The position numbers were made by a program, and so were the translations under genes. Below, one piece after another: positions 27,394 through 49,919 of a stretch of 64,000 nt of DNA. Under the pieces are notes generated by a model. It saw only the letters and a program-made list of their open reading frames with translations, was not told the DNA's origin and ran no database searches. Source of the stretch: Macrostomum lignano (Eukaryota); the NCBI GenBank assembly GCA_002269645.1, contig NIVC01003240.1, positions 1-64,000 on the forward strand, in the 5' to 3' direction. The first letter of the stretch is position 1. Each line of letters opens with the position of its first letter.

Positions 27394-28240
27394 TCATGCA
27401 CTCTCCCTCTCATGCGCTCTCCCTCTCATGCACTCTCCCTCTCATGCGCTCTCCCCCTCATGCACTCTCCCTCTCATGCACTCTCCCTCTCATGCACTCT
27501 CCCTCTCATGCGCTCTCCCCCTCATGCACTCTCCCTCTCATGCGCTCTCTCTCTCATGCACTCTCCCTCTCATGCACTCTCCCTCTCATGCGCTCTCCCT
27601 CTCATGCACTCTCCCTCTCATGCACTCTCCCTCTCATGCACTCTCCCTCTCATGCACTCTCCCTCTCATGCACTCTCCCTCTCATGCACTCTCCCTCTCA
27701 TGCGCTCTCCCTCTCATGCACTCTCCCTCTCATGCGCTCTCCCTCTCATGCACTCTCCCTCTCATGCGCTCTCCCTCTCATGCACTCTCCCTCTGTGTGT
27801 CTGTCTCCCTCTCATGTACTCTCCCCCTGTCTCTTTGTGTCCCTCTCATGCACTCTCCTCTTGTGTCTCTGTCTCCCTCTCATGCACTCTCCCCTTGTGT
27901 CTCTGTCTCCCTCTCATGCACTCTCCCTCCTGTGTGTCTCTGTCTCCCTCTCATGCACTCTCCCTCCTGTGTGTCTCTGTCTCCCTCCCATGCACTCTCC
28001 CTCCTGTGTGTCTCTGTCTCCCTCCCATGCACTCTCCCTCTCATGCACTCTCCCTCTCATGCACTCTCCCTCTCATGCACTCTCCCTCTCATGCACTCTC
28101 CCTCTCATGCACTCTCCCTCTCATGCACTCTCCCTCTCATTCACTCTCCCTCTAATGCACTCTCCCTCTCATGCACTCTCCCTCCCATGCACTCTCCTTC
28201 CTGTGTGTCTCTGTCTCCCTCTCATGCACTCTCCCTCTCT
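27394..28240. repeat. 16-bp pyrimidine-rich minisatellite
   Basis: Unit CATGCACTCTCCCTCT with a degenerate centre. Confidence 0.92.
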
Positions 28241-28924
28241 GTCTCTGCCAATCAGGGAAGCAATACCAAAGTCTAATTTTTGTTCAAGTAATTTTTTACT
28301 CTACATATCGGAAAAACTATGCTTAGTTATGAGTTACAAGGGCTGGGGGACAGAGACCGTCTACCAAGGCTCGGAGATTCGTCAAGTTGGTGCCAAATTG
28401 ATGCGAAAATTTCTTTTTGCAATAACTGGCAGTTCCCTCTATATATCTCAGGCTCACTATGTGACCAGCAGGCAAAACCTCATGAGCTTTGTCTTGTCCA
28501 TCTCTGCCATCAATTTCTGTTAGTCCGGCTATCCGATGAAATCTGACAACACTGACTTGGGCCGGCTTCCTATCAGACCTCAGCATAGCTGCGAAATTCG
28601 TTTCGGCAGCCTAAAATTCCTCAACCAGTTACGCAATCCATTCTCGATTCGGATTAACCAAATACTGACAAGAATAATCTGCATGCGATGTTCGAAAAGC
28701 GTCGTTTCATGGACAACTGAAGTCTCGATTTTCTTCGAAATCAGCTGGAGGCCGGTAAGGAACGTCATATTTGTCCCACCGCCAGTGCATATACCATGCT
28801 CTAGAGAACGCATAAGCGCTAAATGAAGTTTCGCCATAGACAATTCGGTCGAAAAAATCTGCAGTAGAAATTTTCGATTTCTCACGATGCAATCGGTTTC
28901 TACGACTGGACTGGAATGCTTCTG

Positions 28925-29345
28925 CTCTGTCCTCTCCTGCTCTGTCCTCTCCTGTCCTGTCCTATCCTGTCCTGTCCTTTCCTGTCCTGTCCTGTCTTGT
29001 CCTGTTCTTTCCTGTCCTTCCCGTCCTGTCCTTCCTGTCCTGTCCTTCCCGTCCTGTCCTTCCCGTCCTGTCCTATCTTGTCCTTTCCTTTTCTGTCCTT
29101 CATGTCCTGTCCTATCCTGTCCTGTTCTGTCCTATCCTGTCCTGTTCTGTCCTATCCTCTCCTGTCCTATCCTCTCCTGTCCTATCCTTCCTTTCCTGTC
29201 CTGTCCTGTCCTGTCCTGTCCTTGTCCTGTCCTGTCCTGTCCTTTCCTGTCCTGTCCTGTCCTATCCTTCCTGTCCTGTCCTGTCCTATCCTATCCAGTC
29301 CTGTCCTGTCCTGTCCTATCCTTCCTGTCCTGTCCTGTCCTGTCC
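28925..29345. repeat. (TGTCC)n degenerate pentanucleotide array
   Basis: Directly visible. Confidence 0.9.
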
Positions 29346-29852
29346 AGTTCTCTCCAGCTCTGCACATGCGCATATTTGAAGTAGACTGTACAGGCGCGGC
29401 AAAATAAGGAACAAAAAAAATACTCGTAGAATTCATGCAGCCGTAATGAATTACTATGGATAGCTGGCAGTACTAGTAGTATGGATGGTTGTTATATAAA
29501 TGTGGGTCTGAAATTGTTACCATTCGGCAACCAGGTGACTTCAAAGAAGTCAGGCGTCAGCCTTACAAGAGGCAAAAAAGTACTATTAAGTAGCAGTATT
29601 AATGTATAAAAAGAATATTTTTGTTTGCGAAATTTCCAACTAAATGAAATAAGTAGCAATGAGTGAGTATTAGAAGTACTTATAAGATTTCTGCTAAAAA
29701 TGATTTGCAAGTGTTTACAGTAGGACAAATTAAATTGAATTTTAATTTAATGGAAGATTCTTTGAGTTCCTAAATAACAGGTAAATAAATAGACTCAATC
29801 GTTCCCAACTTAGTTCTGAAGCATGGATTAGTTTTTTCTTAGAATTTTTAAG

Positions 29853-30136
29853 CTGCTCATAATCATAGTCTCATTTCCAGCTGCTCACAATCACAGTCTC
29901 ATTTCCAGCTGCTCATATTCATAGTCTCATTTCCAGCTGCTCATAATCATATTCTCATTTCCAGCTGCTCATAATCATATTCTCATTTCCAGCTGCTCAT
30001 AATCATAGTCTCATTTCCAGCTGCTCATAATCATAGTCTCATTTCCAATTGCTCATAATCATGCGCTCATTTCCAGTTGCTCATAATCATGCGCTCATTT
30101 CCAGTTGCTCATAATCATAGTCTCATTTCCAGCTGC

Positions 30137-30140
<4 letters not shown>
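29853..30140. repeat. 28-bp minisatellite abutting the end of the plakin-like CDS
   Basis: Unit ATCATAGTCTCATTTCCAGCTGCTCATA. Confidence 0.92.
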
Positions 30141-39814
<9,674 letters not shown>

Positions 39815-40049
39815 GCTGCGTCCCACTTGGCTTCCGCAGTCGTATGCCAGCAGCAGGAATTGGTTTAACTTATTTCCAGCAAGGATTCGGTCCGGCTGCC
39901 GAGGAAACGCGCCAAGTCTTGAGGGTGCAACGCGCGTTCTCAGGCGCAGATTTTATTTGAATAGCCGATTGTGTCTCGCGGTCGGAAGCGCAAGAAACAG
40001 ACGCAAAGTTTTCGTTCATATTTGAGTCGAAATTCAGTAGACGAACAAC

Positions 40050-40050
<1 letters not shown>

Positions 40051-40130
<80 letters not shown>
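40051..40130. repeat. (GA)n microsatellite
   Basis: Directly visible. Confidence 0.95.
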
Positions 40131-40133
<3 letters not shown>

Positions 40134-43100
40134 TCTCCCCATTGGCAAGGCTTTTAGCCGAACAAAATAGAGAAAATTTATTGTGCATTGAAGGCTGCAT
40201 GAACCTCGCTGCCAAAACTGTGTAGGCTTTATATTTTACAACAATAAAGTTTGCTGACGAAGAGCAGAGCACACACGGTAAGTAGTTTAGTATTGCCATT
40301 CTCTTCCGAAATGCAGCAACACAGCACTGCATGGAGTAATATTGAAGAGTTGCACAGAATGAGCCATTAGGCTTTAGTGCTGGGTACAGAGCTGCACGCC
40401 ACTCAAACCAACCTCAGATGGGGCTTGGTCATGAAAGTGTTGGATTTTAACTGCGGCATTGTGGGAATGCAGAGCTGCAGTGTTTCGGCAGGAGCCTGAG
40501 GGCGTTGCATTCCGAATGACTAAACTATGTGGTATAAATAAAACTTCGTATGAATTGTTTTTAGCAGTAACCGAAATTCTTTTGACGTGGTCTTTCGAAG
40601 ACCACGCCAATGCGGATCATGCCAATCAGGTGTAAATCATGTTGATTAAATCAGCTCGGCGTCCTTGATACTTATTTAATTTTTATGATCCTCTAAAGAA
40701 GCTCGTTAGGTGGAATAAAAATAAAAATGGTGGAATAAAAAATTAATAAAATTAAAAGCATTATCTGTTCACCATTTTTGTCGAAACGAGCTTCTTTTAG
40801 AGGGTCATAGAAATTGAATACGTATCAAAGGACGTTCCTGCAACCAAAAAAGTTACGTATCGGAGACGCCCCACTTTCTATTGGATGCGTAATTTTGCTA
40901 TGCGGGGTACGGATTCGTCCAGTGGCAAAAAACTTTTCTTGAGGCTTTATAATGCTGTTTAGACAATTGCGACAAAACGCCGAATTAAAAAATATTGATT
41001 CCACGTTCAAATTTCTAGAAATATGGGGCTAAGATGCGTGCATTAGACTGAAGTAAATGTGCGTTGTCTCCGACTTTTGAACTAATGCTTCCTATGATAA
41101 GCAAAGTACAATATAGACATATATACGAGTATGTAAGTCTAAGTAAGTCTAATTTAAGTCTAAGCATTAGCTACAGCTAGACAGTAGAGACAGGATATAC
41201 TGGCCAAACAGGCTTATTGCCTGAGCCAAACTTATACTACTAAAAAAGTAGCATATCAACCAAAAGTATGCAAAGTCTAGAAATCTGAAAACTCTGTTTT
41301 CTGAAAGTCGTAAAAATTGCCATCTTTTTTTAAAAACGTAATATTTTAATGAACACTATATTATAATCTCTCTGTTTGGTAACTGCAGCGAGTATTTGTT
41401 TATTTAAACGGATTGTTTTTAGTTTTTTAAATTAATAGAATCGAATCCTCATCCATACTCAAATTCATATTCATATTATAATTCCCTTATTTAAATACTT
41501 TAAGTTTCAAAGTTTGTCGTTTCGTTGTTAGTTGGCACTTTTCGTTCAAAAATACCGTAAAAAATTCTGGCGCGCTTTTAAATACTTTATCTTTTACAAT
41601 AACGTCGAAATCGGGTCTTTTCATATTATCAATTCCAAAACCAGAATCGGTTCGGAATTCCAAGAAAAACAGCAGTATAACTATTAAACTCTGTTAATAT
41701 TTGACTGCCTTAACAGCCTCACTTTTCACGATTTTTCACATTCTTGGCGATTGTCATTCAATAATAAAAACTTTATAGCACGTATCTCCCTCTAGTTATG
41801 GAGACAAAAAGTTATACTTCACAAATTGGTTCTGGTTCTGGAACCAGAACAAGCAATATTAAAAGGCCCAAAGACGACTTAAGTAGAAGGACGGGAAGCC
41901 TCGTTTCTTAGAAAAGTTTTGAAGGCGCTTTTTCCCAAAAAAATACACTACGGAGATAGGAAGTTTTCATTTTTTCAGCACAAAAATTGTTATTGCGTTT
42001 GATAGGAGGCAGATCCAGTGTTCATCTTTTGATATGTTGTGCCTTTTTTATTGCTCTATCGATATTTATAAAGCTTTTCGTTCAGAAAGCTGTATATATA
42101 AAATATTGATAGCCAAGTTGCACTAAGGTATTGGTATTAGCAATTATAATTTTAAAATAGATTTGCTTTGTCATATATTTAAGCATTTAATACAACAAGT
42201 AGAAAAGCTTAAAAAAGTCAATAGAAAGCCAATAGTAGAATAATACTCATATAGCTATATAATTTCATTTTTTTAAATTAGCTATCAGTTGGCCTTTATT
42301 AGCTCCTTCTTTAGAGACCCGTCATACTAGTACACAAAAACAATAACCTTACTTGTATATCAAATATATTTAAGCCCCATTTGTTAGGTGAAAATTGTCT
42401 AGGAAATTATGGTTAAAGCCAATAATAATGTATAAATGATAATCTACCTTGAGGAATGCATTTTAGTAGGCCTAGCTTATCCAATTCCATGCCAAGTATT
42501 GTAGTGTGCCTTTTAAAAGCTGTAGGGCAATGAAGCCATTTTGCTATCTAAAAGAAAAAATCAAATGATTTCCTTATTATTATAATTTAAATCATAATAA
42601 AGTAAATAATATAAAATAAGAAAAAAGTAATGGAAACAGATGCAACAAATGCAAAGCCAGATACAAGTTAAACTACAATACACTAGGTATCAATATTACT
42701 AAGAGCGTCAATTGTCATACAAAGCTTGTATATCAGGCACCAAAGTTTCATTTTATAAGTTTCCTTGCAACAACCAGAGCTAACTCCAAGAATGGCTACG
42801 GTGCATGTTAGTGAAGCCTACATTCCAACCTCCAAGTCGCAATTCTGTTCAAAACACTTTACTAATGCCAATTTTGTCTTCACAGTGTAATACACTAATA
42901 CAACCACCAGTAATTAAATTCTAAAAAGTTTTTGCCATTGCAGCAAAATGACTAAAAGCTAAGCAAGACAAGATAGATTGTTACTCTATAGCTATGAAGA
43001 TAATCTGCAAACATGAAAATACTTTATAGACATGAAGATATTCTATAAACATGAAGATATTCTTCAGGTATATAAAGATACTCTACAGCCATGAAGCTAC

Positions 43101-44088
43101 TCTATTATCATGAAGATACTCTATTGACATAAAAATCTTTATCGACATAAAGATACTTTACAGACATAAAGCTACTTTATATGATACCCTACTGACCCTT
43201 AGGCTACTTTATTAGCAATGAAATTAGCGGTTACACAGTAGCCATAGTATTTTACAAGTTCAGTCTTCTGACTTGAAGCAATTTTTATCTATTGGCCCAT
43301 TCCATATAAGATGGACATATTTGGAAAATAGAAAAAAAGTCAATATTTTTGCTTGTCATTGCCTTATCAGCCAATTTTTTTACCAAGTCTTTTTTGCATG
43401 TAATTCTAAGAATAAATAAATGATAAAATGTTGGATTAGTATGTTATCAATTGGCAAAAAGTTATTTTTGTAAAAAAATTAGACATTTTCTAAGCAAAAG
43501 ACATCATTAAGTTTATGTACCTTTTAAAAACAAATAGAAAGCTTTAGAAGGTTAAAACAAACTATATAAAATTATAGTATTTGCATCATCAGATAAAAAC
43601 ATTAGCAACCATATAATCTATTATATTTTTTATATATTAGTACTTCAAAGTTATTGAATTGACAGAAAAAAATGTGGCTGTACGACCATAAGGCTGCCTT
43701 TTCTTTTGTATCTTTGTTGCCTTTTCGAGTTAATATATTTTAATAAAAGAGTATGACTTCTAAAGATGTTCTTAGTCAAATTTAAAAAAAATTATTGCAA
43801 AATATCAAAAATGAAAAATGTTATAAGACTTTTACCTTTTAGTTTCTATGTCAAAAATCCTGTTGTTACGATCATAAGTGCCATTCAAGGTTTAATAGCA
43901 TCTATACTAATAATGGTATCCATATGAAACTTTATAAACATATTCTTGACAAAATAATCTTTCATTCAAAATATTGGTTTAGTATATTCTATTATTAGAT
44001 TTCATTTTATAAGTAAAAATAGTCTGTCATGTTACGACCATAATTATATGGAATGGCCCTATTAGAAACTGATTTTGCTTTATATTTC

Positions 44089-44590
44089 CTAAGAACCTGG
44101 ACCCAGAAATGCATTTACAGCTGGCCTGACCTGATGAACTGATAACATATCTTCTAGGACAGTCTGCAAGCAATTGCCCATCTTGCAGGCTATGTCATAT
44201 ATGAGAATAACATCTCTTGCAACTGGCTGACTACTGAGGAAAAACTTTAAATATGAGTTGGTGTAGATCAGCCACTCACCACTTATCCAAATGTCTGTGC
44301 ATGCTCCAATATTGTTGTGATGGCAACTGACAATGAAGAAGCTATAAATATCCAACTTTCTAGTTCCTTGACATCCATTTTGCAATTCACCTGCTTGCCA
44401 ATTTGAACATGCTCCCTCAGTTTTAGTTAGCTTATTGCTTTGTGACTCAATGGGAACATAAACAAATAGTAATGGCAAATTTCCCTAAGTGGGCAAGATG
44501 TCTTGTTTACCACAGGCAGACAATTTGCATTGAAGCCTGAAAATTCTATTGGTAGCAATGATGGTTGGACACTTGGTGGAACCTAAAATG
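44089..44590 (-). pseudogene. Decayed Kyakuja-Dileera-Zisupton (KDZ) transposase fragment
   Basis: Translation CSNWQAG...KLDIYSFFIVSCHH...ISGEWLIY...LK...VILIYDIACKM...PAVNAF matches KDZ motifs (C.xF.A..LDETG...CRH...GE..Y...YDIAC...FH). The upstream piece CPTIIATNRIFRLQCKLSACG resembles CP...DGNFxL.RK.SAG. Interrupted by stops. Confidence 0.7.
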
Positions 44591-45540
44591 AAAGTATAGG
44601 TTGTGCAAGCAAATTGAAAATAAGTAGACACAACTGTTTTTGAATGCATTTTAATATTTTGCTATACTATGGTAGTACTACGGCCATTGCAAATTTCTAA
44701 AATCTTAAGTTAGTTAAAAGATAACAAGATAAGCAGCAAAAATGTTTATAAAGTCCTCAAAAAGAGCTATTTTTGAGTTGATCTGTGATCCAAGCATCTT
44801 GATGACTTCTGGCTGAAATTATGCAAAATACATTAAAGCCTGTGGTGACCATCAGTTTTTTGAAGCTCTTGCACTTTTTACTTTACAGGTTCTCCACAGT
44901 AGTCATGGCTTGCTAACTCGCTGCATTAAACTCAAAAGTCTGCTGTAGCTGCCAGAGAACTGGAGCTGCTGGCATACCATGAGGATGCTTTTCTGCCACT
45001 AAAGAAGCTGCAAAAACTATCTGTGCTTTTTATATTGGTAGGCCATTAAATGTAATTTACAATTTTTCTAGATCCTGCTTAAAAAATGTAGCTCATGGTA
45101 TGAATCTCAATCATGTCAGTATTTCTTATGCTTTAAAGGTGCCATTTCCAAATTGACTTACACTTGATAGGCACATGAAACAGAAGTGAGGCTAATGTGT
45201 GTTGTCTAGTAGCAGTTGGTGGTATTGATTCAGTACTCAATGCTAGCAAAACATATGGTACAGTTTGTCAAATTTCTGAAATGCATGAAAGAAAGTGCCA
45301 ATATAGAGTGGGTAATAAGGCCTATGAAAATATTCTCTTTTTGAAATTTGTACTTTCCATTTATCAATACAATAAATAAATAGAAATAGAATCAACATTT
45401 TTATATGCACTGTTCACTTTTCTATCATTATTTTCTATCTTGAGGTCCAGACTTTCATGTGGGATGTTACTACTTTGTGATGGCTTATATAGCTGAAACT
45501 GAAGCTGTGTTGTATGAATATTCAAAATTTTGTGATAATT

Positions 45541-46260
45541 TTAAGTTAAGAAGTTTATCCATTCAAAAATATGAATACAATAAGCACATTTTATTATCAT
45601 TGCTAGATTTGTTGCTATAAACAATTTTTGCCTCATATTCTCATATTTAAGAGACTTTAAGCACTTCTGAACTATTCCATTGTACAAACAATGCATAGGA
45701 TCAATAGGAAAATTAATTATCATATTAATAAATAACATGCTCAGACAAACCATCAGATCAAAATTCTAAATCAATCTGCAAAAGAGCAAAAAGGTCACAA
45801 AAGGTGACATGAGCATTAAATTGTTTCTGCCATGCATCCACTGTAGCCCTAGAAAGCCTTGGTGCCTTGTTTCCATTCTTGCTTGTAAAGCCATTTTGGG
45901 TTAAACTTGACAGCTCTATCACACAATCAACCATGAATTCACTGCTTGTCCTTGGCTTCTCTTACTGCAATAAAGGATTATGATAAATGCAGACTGATAA
46001 ATACTATTAATTTTCCAAGTAGAGGCCATATAGTAAATGTATCACTATTGTACATACAAATGCCATCCAAAAATAGATCAAAATCAATTGATTAAACAGT
46101 TAGATGTCTTGCATTTAGACATGACAAACTAAAGTCCTGACTCCAGGCCAAAATGGTAGTACTTGCCAGGTGGGTACATTTCTCAATGACAAATGTGCTA
46201 TAGACATTTGTGTCCTGAAGTTAGTAGGAAATCCTGCTATTTAAAGCTATTGTTGTTGGT
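45541..46260 (-). pseudogene. Decayed animal-type EnSpm/CACTA (CMC) transposase fragment
   Basis: Frameshifted pieces occur in the expected order: PTNFRTQM (LPxDxRTLL), PPGKYYHFGLESGL, LFLDGICMYNSDTFTIWPLLG (NIDGLPLFKSS..QFWPILG), IILYCSK, EFMVDCVIELSSLTQNGF, FPIDPMHCLYNGIVQKCL (D.MH...LG..K). Confidence 0.7.
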
Positions 46261-46478
46261 TTATTTTCTGAAGCCTAATCCTAGAGAATCCTGGTCCTGG
46301 TCCTCATCCGGATCTTCATAAAAGCAAGGTGAAAAATGGGCATGGTAAAATACTAATAAACATGTTCAGTAGGAAACTGTCATTAACAATTTCTAAATAA
46401 TGAAAGTTAGATTTCTTTGACTAACACTGCACTGCACTTCCCTCATTTCAGCTATTCTATCCACTACGTTCGTAAGCC

Positions 46479-48781
46479 ATGACTGAGCGCAAAGTGCTAA
46501 ATAAGTACTATCCGCCCGACTATGACCCGTCCCGGATACCCAAACTGCCGCGGGACAAGAATAAGAGTCGCAATAATAAAACATTCAGTATTAGAACCAT
46601 GGCCCCGTGCAATATGCGCTGCGCCTCGTGCGGCGAGTACATCTACAAGGCCAGAAAGTTCAATTCTAGAATGGAGATAGCCGAGGGCGAGACCTACATG
46701 GGCCTGAGGATCTACAGGTTCTACATCCGGTGTCCAGGCTGCTGCTCGGAAATTACTTGGAAGACCGACTTGGAGAATGGCGACTATACTATTGAGCACG
46801 GGGCTAAGCGCAATTTTGAGGTTTGTGCTTTCTTGTCTATCATTGCTCATTGCTTTATTAAACTGCGAAATATGGTATGGAACATCGAGAATTATCGCTC
46901 ACTGAAGGACCAGATGGGGTGGAAGCATCGCTCACTGAATGACCAGATGGGTGGGAGCATCGCTCACTGAAGGACCAGATGGGTGGGAGCATCGCTCACT
47001 GAATGACCAGATGGGGTGGGAGCATCGCTCACTGAATGACCAGATGGGTTGGAGCATCGCTCACTGAAGGACCAGATGGGTGGGAGCATCGCTCACTGAA
47101 GGACCAGATGGGGTGGGAGCATCGCTCACTGAATGACCAGATGGGGTGGGAGCATCGCTCACTGAATGACCAGATGGGGTGGGAGCATCGCTCACTGAAG
47201 GACCAGATGGGTGGGAGCATCGCTTACTGAATGACCAGATGGGGTGGGAGCATCGCTCACTGAATGACCAGATGGGTGGGAGCATCGCTCACTGAATGAC
47301 CAGATGGGTGGGAGCATCGCTCACTGAATGACCAGATGGGGTGGGAGCATCGCTCACTGAATGACCAGATGGGTTGGAGCATCGCTCACTGAAGGACCAG
47401 ATGGGTGGGAGCATCGCTCACTGAAGGACCAGATGGGGTGGGAGCATCGCTCACTGAATGACCAGATGGGGTGGGAGCATCGCTCACTGAATGACCAGAT
47501 GGGGTGGGAGCATCGCTCACTGAATGACCAGATGGGGTGGGAGCATCGCTCACTGAATGACCAGATGGGGTGGGAGCATCGCTCACTGAATGACCAGATG
47601 GGGTGGGAGCATCGCTCACTGAATGACCAGATGGGGTGGGAGCATCGCTCACTGATGGACCGGATGGGGTGGAAGCATCGCTCACTGAAGGACCAGATGG
47701 GGTGGGAGAAGCATCGCTCACTGATGGACCAGATGGGGTGGGAGCATCGCTCACTGAAGGACCAGATGGGTGGGAGCATCGCTCACTGAATGACCAGATG
47801 GGGTGGGAGCATCGCTCACTGAATGACCAGATGGGGTGGGAGCATCGCTCACTGAATGACCAGATGGGGTGGGAGCATCGCTCACTGAAGGACCGGATGG
47901 GGTGGGAGCATCGCTCACTGAAGGACCGGATGGGGTGGGAGCATCGCTCACTGAAGGACCAGATGGGGTGGGAGAAGCATCGCTCACTGATGAACCAGAT
48001 GGGGTGGGAGAAGCATCGCTCACTGATGGACCCGATGGGGTGGGAGAAGCATCGCTCACTGATGGACCAGATGGGGTGGGAGAAGCATCGCTCACTGATG
48101 GACCAGATGGGGTGGGAGAAGCATCGCTCACTGATGGACCAGATGGGGTGGGAGAAGCATCGCTCACTGATGGACCAGATGGGGTGGGAGAAGCATCACT
48201 CACTGAAGGAAGGACCAGAGGCACGGAAACATCATTCAGCCAATTAAAGAAGGTCATATGCTGCGTAGTCTACTATAAGTAGTGTAGTTTATGCTCTGTC
48301 GTTATTTTAATTCAGCTTGTATTTACCACAGGCCCTCCGCACCGCCGAGATGCTGGAACGCAAGCGTCTGGAAGAGGAGGAGGCCGAAGACGCCAAGGAC
48401 CCCATGAAGCAGCTGGAGAAGCGGACCAGCCAATCTAAACGCGAAATGGAAATGCTGGAAACTCTGCAAGATGTTAAAGAGCTCAACAAGCGCAACGCCG
48501 GCTCCGATATCGTGGACACGGTCATCCGCGATGTGGAGTCGCGCAGGATTACCGAGGAGCAGCAGGTGGAGGACGAGGATGCCAGACTGGCCAGGGAGCT
48601 CATGCTCAGTGCTAAACGACCTCGCCTAGCTGGTCCGTCCACCTCGTCAACGTCGTCCACATCGGCCGGGCCGTCTGGCAGTTCGGCCAGATCAACGGGT
48701 CCGGCTTCGTCGATTCGCGATTTGTTGAAAGGCTCGGTTCGGGTGAAGCCTGCCGCTGCTGCTGCTGCAAAGAAGAATTGA
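46479..48781 (+). CDS. YJU2: Splicing factor YJU2 (CCDC94/Cwc16), 2 exons, about 263 aa
   Basis: Exon 1 46479-46820 [22 protein letters not shown]...[17 protein letters not shown]...[31 protein letters not shown]|GT; exon 2 48332-48781 CAG|ALRTAEMLE...[34 protein letters not shown]. An in-frame TAA lies immediately upstream of the ATG. Confidence 0.95.
46896..48210. repeat. 32-36 bp minisatellite filling the YJU2 intron
   Basis: Unit GGGAGCATCGCTCACTGAA(T/G)GACCAGATGG(G)GT. Confidence 0.95.
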
Positions 48782-48974
48782 AATTTGACCGACTAGTGAT
48801 TATTTTGCGAGACTTAATGTACTTTTTTAGTGTTTAATATGCCATAAAGCAGGAATCAGATGGAGCGCTAATCTGAGCCCTGTCCGCTCGTTCTATTCTA
48901 TTTGCAGTTCATTGCTTACATAAAAACTTCGAGTACAGACAGTCTGGTCTGGTCAAAACTGATGGACCGATGGT

Positions 48975-49480
48975 TAATAAGCAAGCGTATCTGCTCGGAC
49001 TTGCTTATAAAATTTATAGTACTCGTACCAACAGATTTTATGGGGGGTGACAGTTACTGCTTTGATAGCTAAGCCGATAAAGTATAGAATCCCCGAATCC
49101 CCACTCTGCAGAACTGCTCTCGGCCATAGACAATAAAGCCAATCAACGCCGCTGCCACAGAACTGCTCTCGGCCATAGACAATAAAGCCAATCAATGCCA
49201 CTGCCACACAACTGATCAATGCCACTGTCACAGAACTGCTCTCGGCCATAGACAATAAAGCCAATCAAAGCCACTGCCACACAACTGCTCTCGGCCATAG
49301 ACAATAAAGCCAATCGAAGCCACTGCCACACAACTGCTCTCGGCCATAGACAATAAAGCCAATCGAAGCCACTGCCACACAACTGCTCTCGGTCATAGAC
49401 AATAAAGCCAAGACAGACGGACGGATAGACAGACACGACAGATGTGACCAAAAGAGCAAACCCGTCAAAGCCGACTATTT
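48975..49480. mobile_element. Putative Helentron-associated (HINE/DINE-1-like) non-autonomous element with an internal 49-bp tandem repeat
   Basis: Short inverted repeat ATAAGCAAG...CTTGCTTAT at the left end, 49-bp units at 49108-49410, and a short GACA/GACG microsatellite near the right end. Confidence 0.45.
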
Positions 49481-49919
49481 GTCTTTTTCATGTTTGATTT
49501 TCACTTTTTTACTTTAATTAACAGGAGCAACATGGTAAAGAATAGGCAAACGAATCTAAATCAATCATAGCTGGAGTGATTGGTGAAATTTGACTTTGTC
49601 TGTCAGTTCTACTGTACGAGTGTGTTTGTAAATTTGGTCTAACCAATAAATATAAAGCTGGCTACTTCTGCTTCTGAGCATCGTTGTGTATACAGTAATT
49701 AATCTCTCCTTTTTATTGTCTTCTATTTAATCTAGATCTGCATAAATCGTTCATTGTAAAAAGCGATATCTTTGGAAAATAATTTCCAGCTGTTGCAACT
49801 AGAAAGAAAATTGTGTGTTTAATCGGGATTAGTGGAGGTTATATACTCTTAGACAGGATTTAATAAGATTATTTGTCCTTTCCTGTTCCCGTGCATTGGT
49901 AATTAGCATTGGCGACTGG

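Noticed and set aside
24240-28885. Several 80-280 aa ORFs between the RING and plakin-like genes
   Set aside because: No recognisable motifs; they span microsatellites or look like element interiors, and I could not build a phase-consistent exon chain.
46821-46970. Extension of YJU2 ORF 1 beyond RNFE
   Set aside because: Intron read-through; similarity to YJU2 resumes at the 48332 acceptor.
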